Sequence record: MW384823.1
Reading direction: 5' to 3' (one strand)
DNA: 64,000 nucleotides
The notes under the pieces were generated by a model that was given only the letters and a program-made list of their open reading frames with translations, did no database searches and was not told where the DNA came from. Of the stretch, positions 45,575-53,058 are shown one piece after another (position 1 is the first letter of the stretch; each line of letters opens with the position of its first letter). A program made the position numbers and the translations under genes.

Positions 45575-46303
45575 GTGGACGATATTCAGTACCCCATGCG
45601 GGTAGAGCGTGTACAGAAATCCTACTCACAAGCCGGTAAGACGGTAAGTGAAGGAAGTATACATGCGTCAGGTCAGGTGTTGTGTCTGCCGAAGTCTGCA
45701 TTTGTAGAGGGTGCGGACTGGCAGCAGATTTTCCGTCGTTGGCTCAACTGTTCTGCCCGCTGTGAAACCGCGCCGGTTCGCCACGCAAATCATCAGTACC
45801 CTGAGTCGCTTTTCCGAACCTCGAAGATTCATGAGGAGAACGTGTGCGCGACTCTATTGGGTGGCAGTATGGATGTGAACGGTGAGTACGTCACGCTTAC
45901 CACCAACGTGGTGCCATACGGCCCTTATGGGGATAAGTTGGCGACGTACATGCGTGAGCAGAAAGAGTTGATTATCGTTCCGCGTTTTATCAAAGACAAG
46001 GACGATAAAATCACCGGTGTGCCCGCATGGGATTTGTTGTTACCATCGGGTTGGGATGTCGTTCCGTACGTGTACAATGACGTACAGGACGAAGTCTTTG
46101 TCGGTGAGCTGGCGTACTTCAAAGAGAAATGCAAAGCCAACGGTGTCAGTTGGTCAATGCACTATTCTGACTCGGACGACCTCTGGCATTTCGTGCTAGA
46201 GTCATACCACTCCATCGTCTGCTTTGAAGGCGAGAAGAAAAAGTTATGCGATGCGTTGGAAGACGCGACGGCGTATGTTGACAGTTTAGATAACAATGGA
46301 TAA
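45575..46303 (+). CDS. Prohead-protease (T4 gp21/phiKZ gp175)-fold protein lacking catalytic His/Ser, with C-terminal extension
   Basis: RCETAP, KIHEENVCATL, VPYGPYGDKLATYM, IVPRF, AWDLL align with gp21 GELNHP, GPGDKLAANI, GVSSRG, VDAV. Confidence 0.6.
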   Translation: MDDIQYPMRVERVQKSYSQAGKTVSEGSIHASGQVLCLPKSAFVEGADWQQIFRRWLNCSARCETAPVRHANHQYPESLFRTSKIHEENVCATLLGGSMDVNGEYVTLTTNVVPYGPYGDKLATYMREQKELIIVPRFIKDKDDKITGVPAWDLLLPSGWDVVPYVYNDVQDEVFVGELAYFKEKCKANGVSWSMHYSDSDDLWHFVLESYHSIVCFEGEKKKLCDALEDATAYVDSLDNNG

Positions 46304-46781
46304 GAACATGGATAAGAAGACTGAACGTAATCTGCTTGAAATCACGGGCAAGGGCGAAGACAACAACGGCAAGTTTTATTCCGTCGTGTTGTTAGACCAG
46401 TCCAAGATTAACGCTAATGGTCGCCAGTATAACGGTGACCTTGCGCATCTGGTGCGTGGTATCAAGCGTATGCCGCGGTTGTTCTGTGAAGTTGACCCGT
46501 ATCACGATTACCGCTTCCAGTTCCCGGTAACCGATGATCGTTCTGTTTCTGGGCCGTGTACGGTCGACATGAAAAACGTCTGTGCCTCTATCGAGAATAT
46601 CCGTCACGATAAGATGAACCAGCGTGTATCGGCTGAGCTGCGTCCGTGGGGCCCGCAGGCTTCGATGGTGCGTGATCTGTTGGACGGGGTCAACCAGAAC
46701 GTGACCTTCGGGATGCGGGCGTTGGCAACCCCTGACGGAAAGATTGACAAAGTCATCACATGGGACTTATTACCAGAATGA
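46296..46781 (+). CDS. Prohead-protease (T4 gp21/phiKZ gp175)-fold protein lacking catalytic His/Ser
   Basis: INANGRQY, FCEVDP, TVDMKNVCASI, RPWGPQ..MVRDLL, NVTFGMRA, ITWDLLPE. Confidence 0.65.
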   Translation: MDKNMDKKTERNLLEITGKGEDNNGKFYSVVLLDQSKINANGRQYNGDLAHLVRGIKRMPRLFCEVDPYHDYRFQFPVTDDRSVSGPCTVDMKNVCASIENIRHDKMNQRVSAELRPWGPQASMVRDLLDGVNQNVTFGMRALATPDGKIDKVITWDLLPE

Positions 46782-46978
46782 ATATCGTCGAATTGTTCTA
46801 TTGGTTTGTCATGGTGTTAAGCGGGTATTTCCTTATCGTGTTTGCAATTGACATGGTTAAGGATTTACTCAAGGGCGACCTGATGGGTGTGCTCGTTTTG
46901 ATCGTGTTTGCTATCATCGTCTGGAATGTCCACCGTTGGGCATTCGTAAGACTGGTGCCGATGCAGACACTGTTCTAA
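46778..46978 (+). CDS. Small two-TM membrane protein
   Basis: 66 aa from ATG 46778 (ATGA coupling); two hydrophobic runs. Confidence 0.65.
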   Translation: MNIVELFYWFVMVLSGYFLIVFAIDMVKDLLKGDLMGVLVLIVFAIIVWNVHRWAFVRLVPMQTLF

Positions 46979-46991
46979 TGAAAAAAAGCTC

Positions 46992-47012
46992 AGATAGATA
47001 TTATCTTGATGA
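46992..47012 (+). promoter_or_regulatory. Early promoter motif, copy 7 (variant)
   Basis: AGATAGATATTATCTTGATGA. Confidence 0.6.
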
Positions 47013-47084
47013 GCTTTCCATTATTAGTTCCAAGGAAGGTGTGTTTTACAATTACAATAAATTAAAATAAATAAGGAGTCCATC

Positions 47085-47261
47085 ATGGATAAAATTTATA
47101 TCGTTACAGCAATCCTCTTCACAATCGCTTGCTTACTGAGCTGGCGTGTCGCATCAAACCAAAAGCGTCGTAAGTGCCCACCGGGTGCTATCGCGTTTGG
47201 TGTTCAAGCCTGTGTCTATGGTTTTGTGGCCATCTACACCGGTGCGAAGTATTTCTTCTAG
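47085..47261 (+). CDS. Small two-TM early membrane protein (58 aa), not in ORF track
   Basis: Hand-translated MDKIYIVTAILFTIACLLSWRVASNQKRRKCPPGAIAFGVQACVYGFVAIYTGAKYFF*; SD aaggag; flanked by promoter motif and terminator. Confidence 0.75.
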   Translation: MDKIYIVTAILFTIACLLSWRVASNQKRRKCPPGAIAFGVQACVYGFVAIYTGAKYFF

Positions 47262-47270
47262 CAGTAAAAA

Positions 47271-47300
47271 AGGGGCACGGAAGTGTCCTTTTTCTTTTTT
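47271..47300 (+). terminator. Intrinsic terminator
   Basis: aggggcac-GGAA-gtgtcctt plus T-tract. Confidence 0.7.
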
Positions 47301-47320
47301 CGTAAAATAAGGAGTATCAA

Positions 47321-48385
47321 ATGCCACGTCTCTTAGCGTTCACCGGTGGAATCGATTCTACATGGGTGTTGCAGAAATTAATTCAACAACCGTCTGCTGA
47401 TGGCGGTGAAGTGATTCATCCGGTTTACATGGATTTCTATCAAGGTTCTCCGGCGGCCATTGTCGAGTTCCTACTCGGGAGTGAAATCGCGCTGCGGCTG
47501 TTAAAGCGCAACAAAGACAATTATAAAGAGCCGCTGGAATGGCGCTCACCCCCACTTCAAATCTTCACCAGCTGTATTATCGGCCGTTCAAGCGGAAATG
47601 AAAGTCGCCTGATTCAACAGGGTAACACCGTGCTGGGTTTGGCACACCTGATGAATGCGGTGCAAGCTCGACATCCGGGGTCTACCGCATTAACCGGTTG
47701 GAACAAAGCCGACTTCATTGAAAACAGTGCGCTGCAAGGCGAGTGGTCGGAAGAAGACTACCTGCGTCTGAAGAAACTCTACAGTGAAATGATGTTCTTC
47801 CAAGACCATCACTACCGCTGCTCTCCATTGCTCACCCCGGCGTGGGATATGGAGAAGAAAGACATGTGGGATGCGCTCCCGGCTGATGTGCAAGAACTGA
47901 TCACTGTGTGTTCAACCTACATGTTTAAGATTTACCATGTTAAGTCCGAGAACGCGCTGTACATCTCCTGTAACCCACAACACTTCGGTAAGTCTGTGCG
48001 GTATCTGGCCCGTGGGATTAACCTCACAGCAGCATGGCGTATCGCGATTGACGACGAGTTCCATCGCCGACTCAATTCGGACAATGTCCCGAGTAACCAC
48101 TTTGCTGGAAGCTTCCCAAGTGAGCTGCTGGCGTCATCTGAAACGAAGCACCGCCCGACGCTGCGTATGCGTTCCGATGACCGTAACCTGCAAATCGAAG
48201 CCTACAGCATCGATGAGTGGAAAACGAAGTTTGACCATGTAGAAGAGATGTTAAGGGTGGAACGTGAACGAGAACAAGCCGAGTACCACGCCCAGCGAGA
48301 AAAAGAGAAAGCTGAAAATCCGGACGGTGCAAATCGCGAAGTGGCGAAAGGCGAAGTCGCTGCATCCAGCGATACCGTTGATTGA
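47321..48385 (+). CDS. QueC-like PP-loop ATP pyrophosphatase (diverged)
   Basis: N-terminal LLAFTGGIDST PP-loop, VIHPVYMDFYQ, LLTPAWDMEKKDMW..LP...ITVCS. The canonical QueC Cys cluster is incomplete. Confidence 0.6.
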   Translation: MPRLLAFTGGIDSTWVLQKLIQQPSADGGEVIHPVYMDFYQGSPAAIVEFLLGSEIALRLLKRNKDNYKEPLEWRSPPLQIFTSCIIGRSSGNESRLIQQGNTVLGLAHLMNAVQARHPGSTALTGWNKADFIENSALQGEWSEEDYLRLKKLYSEMMFFQDHHYRCSPLLTPAWDMEKKDMWDALPADVQELITVCSTYMFKIYHVKSENALYISCNPQHFGKSVRYLARGINLTAAWRIAIDDEFHRRLNSDNVPSNHFAGSFPSELLASSETKHRPTLRMRSDDRNLQIEAYSIDEWKTKFDHVEEMLRVEREREQAEYHAQREKEKAENPDGANREVAKGEVAASSDTVD

Positions 48386-48689
48386 TGTCACTGTTAAATC
48401 GGGCATCAAAGCCTTAGCCCCAACGTGGGACTTTCTGATGGAGTACAAGAACTCTGATAAAGGTCCCGAGGCGGAAGACGCCTACACGAAAAAATATAAA
48501 AGCAGAATCCAACAGCTCAATCAGGAAAACCCCGATGTGATGTTGGAACTGCTGTATCAGGACGAAATCATCCTGATGTGTTATTGCCCAGCCGGAAAGT
48601 TCTGTCACCGGCTTTTATTAGTTGATGAGTTCAAAGCCTTAGGCGATGAACATAATGTCGAAGTAATCTACGAAGGAGAAATAGAATGA
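48264..48689 (+). CDS. DUF488/YeaO-like protein
   Basis: DVTVKSG..ALAPTW, AYTKKY, ILMCYCPAGKFCHRLLL; start uncertain (GTG 48264). Confidence 0.55.
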   Translation: MNENKPSTTPSEKKRKLKIRTVQIAKWRKAKSLHPAIPLIDVTVKSGIKALAPTWDFLMEYKNSDKGPEAEDAYTKKYKSRIQQLNQENPDVMLELLYQDEIILMCYCPAGKFCHRLLLVDEFKALGDEHNVEVIYEGEIE

Positions 48690-49081
48690 GTTTTGATATC
48701 AAGAATGACACCCTGCGCATCATTGTTCCCGTTGGTACCATCCATGGTGCTGATGTTCCGCTGTTTGATAATGCGACGGCGTTAGCCAAAGAAGCCTTTG
48801 AAGCGGCAGGCTTTGAGAAGGTGGAGTTGGTCGAGAAACCTGCCGTGTTCTTCATGCGTGCATACAGTGATGTCGTGCAGCGCCAGTCAGCAATGTATAA
48901 CTACGGTCTGGTGTTGCGTTCGTCGTTCACGCCGTATGTCACCAATGAAGAACTGCAAAAGCATGCAGCCATCATCAACGTCTGGCATGACATCTTCAGC
49001 CACAAAATCCCAACGGATACACTGATTAAGTTCGCCCCGACCTTAACCATGGTTGCCGTTAACAAATTAGCGAATAAATAA
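48686..49081 (+). CDS. Hypothetical protein
   Basis: 131 aa; SD aaggag; ATGA coupling. Confidence 0.65.
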   Translation: MSFDIKNDTLRIIVPVGTIHGADVPLFDNATALAKEAFEAAGFEKVELVEKPAVFFMRAYSDVVQRQSAMYNYGLVLRSSFTPYVTNEELQKHAAIINVWHDIFSHKIPTDTLIKFAPTLTMVAVNKLANK

Positions 49082-49106
49082 ACTACCACCCACAAGGAGT
49101 ATAAAA

Positions 49107-49625
49107 ATGGAAATGAACTTTTACACCAAGCGCGAGTTAACGCACCTCGCGATGTTAAAACAACCGGGTATGGCGATTGACCCGGAAATCAAGATTGACC
49201 CGCTCAAAGAAGAAATCGCAATGAGCTACCCGGCTGCCGAGTGGAACGATTGGTATTGCAAGGTGAAGATGGTGTCTTACGCGCTGCTGGAGCTGGCCCG
49301 CTACAACACCTGCAAGCGTCTGCAAGGTTGGGTCTGGTATGTGCCTCGCACGCCGTCCCAATTAGCCTTTGAGTCGAATCCCGAAGAAAAGGTAGCCATC
49401 CGCCCCGTTATTCACCCTGAGCGCTTAGACGTCCATCTGGAAGCGATTTGGAACCGCCCACGTACTGAACTGGCAGAAATCATTCGTATCATCCAACGGG
49501 TTGAGATGCCGGGGCTGACGTGGGTAACGTGGGACTCGGTTGATGTCAACAAAAACTTCTGGGTATTAAGCTGGGTCGGTGGTCCGTTCCATAACCACAA
49601 CCACATCTACCTGAACCGGAGATAG
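49107..49625 (+). CDS. Hypothetical protein
   Basis: 172 aa; SD aaggag. Confidence 0.7.
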   Translation: MEMNFYTKRELTHLAMLKQPGMAIDPEIKIDPLKEEIAMSYPAAEWNDWYCKVKMVSYALLELARYNTCKRLQGWVWYVPRTPSQLAFESNPEEKVAIRPVIHPERLDVHLEAIWNRPRTELAEIIRIIQRVEMPGLTWVTWDSVDVNKNFWVLSWVGGPFHNHNHIYLNRR

Positions 49626-49629
49626 TCCA

Positions 49630-49905
49630 ATGCTTGACCGTCTGCTCTCCTTGATTAACAAACGCCAGCGTGATCTCTTTCAACGCAATCTACGGTTGGA
49701 AGAACAAAAGCTGGAAGCGGAACAGCGTGTCCGTACGCTGGAAAAGATGGTGTTGGAAATGTCCGACGTCGCTACTTCACATTGCGTGGTAATAAAAGCC
49801 GGTGTTGAACGTAGCGATGGTCCGTCCATTCGCCTGTCAACAGACACGCTCCATCAGCGCATGGTGGGCTACCGTACCAAAGTTAAAGAACTGGATTATT
49901 TCTGA
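49630..49905 (+). CDS. Small coiled-coil protein
   Basis: 91 aa; heptad-rich N-terminal half. Confidence 0.6.
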   Translation: MLDRLLSLINKRQRDLFQRNLRLEEQKLEAEQRVRTLEKMVLEMSDVATSHCVVIKAGVERSDGPSIRLSTDTLHQRMVGYRTKVKELDYF

Positions 49906-50231
49906 TGAAAGATGTAACGCCTTTTGACGCCAAGTCACTCGGTGGGATGTCGCCAGAACAATCGCTTTCCTACCTCGCAAGGGGTGGGAAGATTCTGGAT
50001 GACACTGACACGGCTGACCGGTTGTTAACCATGATGGTGCCCCTGCGTGATAACTACTACGAGATTGTGCCGCTCGCAACCGAGTATGTGGTACGCACGC
50101 CGGGGCGTGAATATGAAGCATTGAGAGCGCCCCGCACTGTAGGTGGGGTGATTCTACTGATGCGTAACTTTAATGACGCTGTAGAGCGCTGTGGGCTGTA
50201 TATCGCCACAGGTGGAGCAGGACATTACTAA
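49905..50231 (+). CDS. Hypothetical protein
   Basis: 108 aa; TGATG coupling. Confidence 0.6.
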   Translation: MKDVTPFDAKSLGGMSPEQSLSYLARGGKILDDTDTADRLLTMMVPLRDNYYEIVPLATEYVVRTPGREYEALRAPRTVGGVILLMRNFNDAVERCGLYIATGGAGHY

Positions 50232-50650
50232 TGTTTGGATGGCTGGTACGTTTATCGAAGTTGAAGCGTGAGAACGCGGAATTGAAGGAGTTGGTGGCGA
50301 CGTTACAACGGCTCAACGAAACCGATGAGCGGATGGTTGCCTCGACGTTGGCATCGTTAAACGACGACATGATGCGTGGGAAGGCATGGTGCGAATCTTA
50401 CGCTTGGCACGTTAGCAAACTGAATGAAAAGACGCGGGGCTACATCAAAGAGTATGCGGAAACGTACCAAGGTATTGCTAAGGAGCGCGGCATCCACATC
50501 AACCACGACCCGATACCGACGTTTGATTTCCCCACCCCACCACCGGGTGAAATTGTGGTGCGTCCCCGTGATAAATTCCGCACACCCATCGCTGGGAAAA
50601 TCATGATTAAGGATCTCAGCACCTATATCCAACCAAAAAAGGAAGAGTAA
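50231..50650 (+). CDS. Hypothetical protein with N-terminal coiled coil
   Basis: 139 aa; TAATG coupling. Confidence 0.6.
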   Translation: MFGWLVRLSKLKRENAELKELVATLQRLNETDERMVASTLASLNDDMMRGKAWCESYAWHVSKLNEKTRGYIKEYAETYQGIAKERGIHINHDPIPTFDFPTPPPGEIVVRPRDKFRTPIAGKIMIKDLSTYIQPKKEE

Positions 50651-51069
50651 TGTATCAACTGACTTTGTCAAACGGGTTAACGGTGAGCTTAGTGCAACCG
50701 ACCGTCGAAGATGTGCGTAAGTTCACTCAGAACCACCGTGATGCCCGCACCTCACAATCCATGTGGGTTCTCAGTGAGAACGGTGAGTTCATTCTGCCGA
50801 AGTTCGTGAAGTCGGCCCACGGCGAACACATTGCCATTAACCGCTTCCTCGACAAGATGCAAAAAGTCGGTACGGAATACGGTCTGGCGGTGTGTACTGC
50901 GGAACTGCCAGACGACCTCGTGCTGATGTCAGATGAGCTGATGCACCTGTCCGTTGAGTATTTGGCGCTCATCGATACCTATTGCAAAAATCCGAATGCT
51001 CGTACGTTCATCATGATGTCGAACATGGCGTCACATCTCTGGAACGTACACCACAGCAAGAAACACTAA
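50650..51069 (+). CDS. Hypothetical protein
   Basis: 139 aa; TAATG coupling. Confidence 0.6.
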   Translation: MYQLTLSNGLTVSLVQPTVEDVRKFTQNHRDARTSQSMWVLSENGEFILPKFVKSAHGEHIAINRFLDKMQKVGTEYGLAVCTAELPDDLVLMSDELMHLSVEYLALIDTYCKNPNARTFIMMSNMASHLWNVHHSKKH

Positions 51070-51093
51070 GAGTAACTTAAAAGGAGTATTAAA

Positions 51094-52458
51094 ATGTTGA
51101 AACCACGTAAAGCAAAAACCGGTCTGGCAATCACTACCCGCTCTGTCTACAAAGGGTGTGGTGTCTTGGGATTCCCAGAAGGGTTTGCGGTGTATCGCGG
51201 CAAGAAGCTTGTCCGTTACATCGATGGTGTAGAAGTCGGTCAGATTGTAGGGCCATTGGGTGGGCCTTCCTTACCGGTCTTTAACCTGCCGAAAACCACC
51301 CGTGTGATGTATCGCCTGCTACAGAATATGTTTTGTCGCGCGACCATCGGCATGGGTACCAAATACTACGGCCTGCGTAAGCTAAAGCCGGTCGCTAAAA
51401 AGAAAGCCACCTACATGGAAGAGTTGCAGGAGTCACTGTTCGGGAAACCGGACTACAGCCACATCGGTATTAATGCCAACCGTGACGCAGGTATGCAAAC
51501 GTCGATGGACACGCTGTTTAAAGGTGGGATTCGCAACGGGAATGACAAACTGGCGCGTAAGATTGCGAACAACCCCGGCGTTTCAGGCGCGTTTGATAAC
51601 CGCTTAGCAGGGCTGCGTCAGCAGTCTTTGGAACAGCTGGGTGTGAGTGGTTCTTTACTGACTAGTGACGTCAGCCTGCGCTCTATTGCGTTGGATATGG
51701 TGCAGTACAACGTAAAGGTGGCGCTAAATAAACTCAACTTTTCTAACATCAAGGTGTTGTATACCAGCGACGTGTTGAATGATGTTGAGAACGAACTTCG
51801 TACGTGTATGGATGATCGTAAACACATCAACCGCATGATGGAACTTCGTGAAACGTTGCCACTGGCAGGTACTTACACCTTGGTCGATGATTTGATTAAG
51901 TTACCAATAATGTCTCAGTTGACTGACGCTATCTGTGCAGCAGGCAAGCGGGCGATGGCGGACGTTCCGGAGGAACACCTCAGCGAGTTAGACGACCCGA
52001 CACCTGAGACGTTGGTTGACTGGTTGAATCTTTTTGGCTCCATCAACCGCCCGCCTCAGGCTCTGGACTATCTCCCAATGTTAAACTTGGGTGAGGCTCA
52101 GTTCCCCCGAGATGAAACCCAATCGTTATACTACCGCATCCGCAGCATCGCGGGAATTAACGAAGGCGATGAAGCCGTAGCGAGAACAGTTGCTTTGGCT
52201 CGCACGATCACCCCACAACTCCATGACCCGTTCTCGTTTGCGCGTGCTTTACGCAATGGCGAACCGGTGATGTACATGGATCTCGAAATGCCAATGGATT
52301 TGTCCAAACTCGACGAGCTGATGATCAAGAAGGACGATCTGGCGGGTATGACCGCCAACTACATCAAACCACGTCAAGTAGGTAAAGGTAAACACTTTAT
52401 CATTGATTCGCTGCCACACGAAAACAGCTTACTGAAGGACGAAGACGACAATGCTTAA
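51094..52458 (+). CDS. Hypothetical protein with RecA/DnaB-like motif remnants
   Basis: 454 aa; MDTLFKGGIRNG, VMYMDLEMP, FIIDSL; no Walker A seen. Confidence 0.55.
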   Translation: MLKPRKAKTGLAITTRSVYKGCGVLGFPEGFAVYRGKKLVRYIDGVEVGQIVGPLGGPSLPVFNLPKTTRVMYRLLQNMFCRATIGMGTKYYGLRKLKPVAKKKATYMEELQESLFGKPDYSHIGINANRDAGMQTSMDTLFKGGIRNGNDKLARKIANNPGVSGAFDNRLAGLRQQSLEQLGVSGSLLTSDVSLRSIALDMVQYNVKVALNKLNFSNIKVLYTSDVLNDVENELRTCMDDRKHINRMMELRETLPLAGTYTLVDDLIKLPIMSQLTDAICAAGKRAMADVPEEHLSELDDPTPETLVDWLNLFGSINRPPQALDYLPMLNLGEAQFPRDETQSLYYRIRSIAGINEGDEAVARTVALARTITPQLHDPFSFARALRNGEPVMYMDLEMPMDLSKLDELMIKKDDLAGMTANYIKPRQVGKGKHFIIDSLPHENSLLKDEDDNA

Positions 52459-52909
52459 ACCGAAGAAACGCAAGGAACGTGTATACTTGATGCGGGCAAC
52501 GAACGGCGGTTATGTGGTGCGAAGCGAAACAAAACGTCGCGTACTCACTCAAGACGCCATCGATGGCATCCTGCTGGTTTATGACCCGGAGTACAATTAT
52601 CCGTGCGCAAACCGTGTAGTGCGCTTAGTTCTCGATATGGTTTATCGGAACAATCGTAAGAAGCCGGTTATCTCTGAGAGCGCGAAAGCAGCGATTGGGG
52701 ATTTGGAAATCAAAGGTGTACAGTTAAAGCAGTCCAAGCTTAAAACTGACGACATCCAAGAACTGGTGAAAGAGTTCGGGGTTGTCGCGGAACAGCAAAT
52801 GATCGACCGTTTCGTTCGGAACGAACAACCTACCCAAGAAGAGTATGAACAGGCGCAGGCAATCGGCCGTTTGATGCTCCACCGTTGGTTAGAAAAGAAG
52901 AACTGTTAA
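52451..52909 (+). CDS. Hypothetical basic protein
   Basis: 152 aa; 8-nt overlap; followed by a terminator. Confidence 0.65.
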   Translation: MLKPKKRKERVYLMRATNGGYVVRSETKRRVLTQDAIDGILLVYDPEYNYPCANRVVRLVLDMVYRNNRKKPVISESAKAAIGDLEIKGVQLKQSKLKTDDIQELVKEFGVVAEQQMIDRFVRNEQPTQEEYEQAQAIGRLMLHRWLEKKNC

Positions 52910-52917
52910 AACGCAGT

Positions 52918-52954
52918 ACCCTACACCTTCGGGTGTAGGGTTTCTTCTTTTTTT
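52918..52954 (+). terminator. Intrinsic terminator
   Basis: accctacacc-TTCG-ggtgtagggt plus T-tract. Confidence 0.8.
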
Positions 52955-52977
52955 GTTTACTCGTACTAAAAAAGATT

Positions 52978-53006
52978 TCAGATATATATTACCTAGGTGA
53001 GAGTTG
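52978..53006 (+). promoter_or_regulatory. Early promoter motif, copy 8
   Basis: 29-bp identity to 5884-5912; contains TATATTAC. Confidence 0.75.
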
Positions 53007-53058
53007 AGTAATAATCTTCTCTTAACCATCCTATTAATAGACTATCGAGGAATACACC

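Noticed and set aside
45575-46781. Functional prohead protease of this phage
   Set aside because: Catalytic His and Ser positions are substituted, and the genes are not in a head-morphogenesis context.
47321-48385. 7-deazaguanine DNA modification cluster
   Set aside because: No FolE, QueD, QueE or DpdA in the window and the QueC zinc site is incomplete; kept only as an orphan QueC-like finding.
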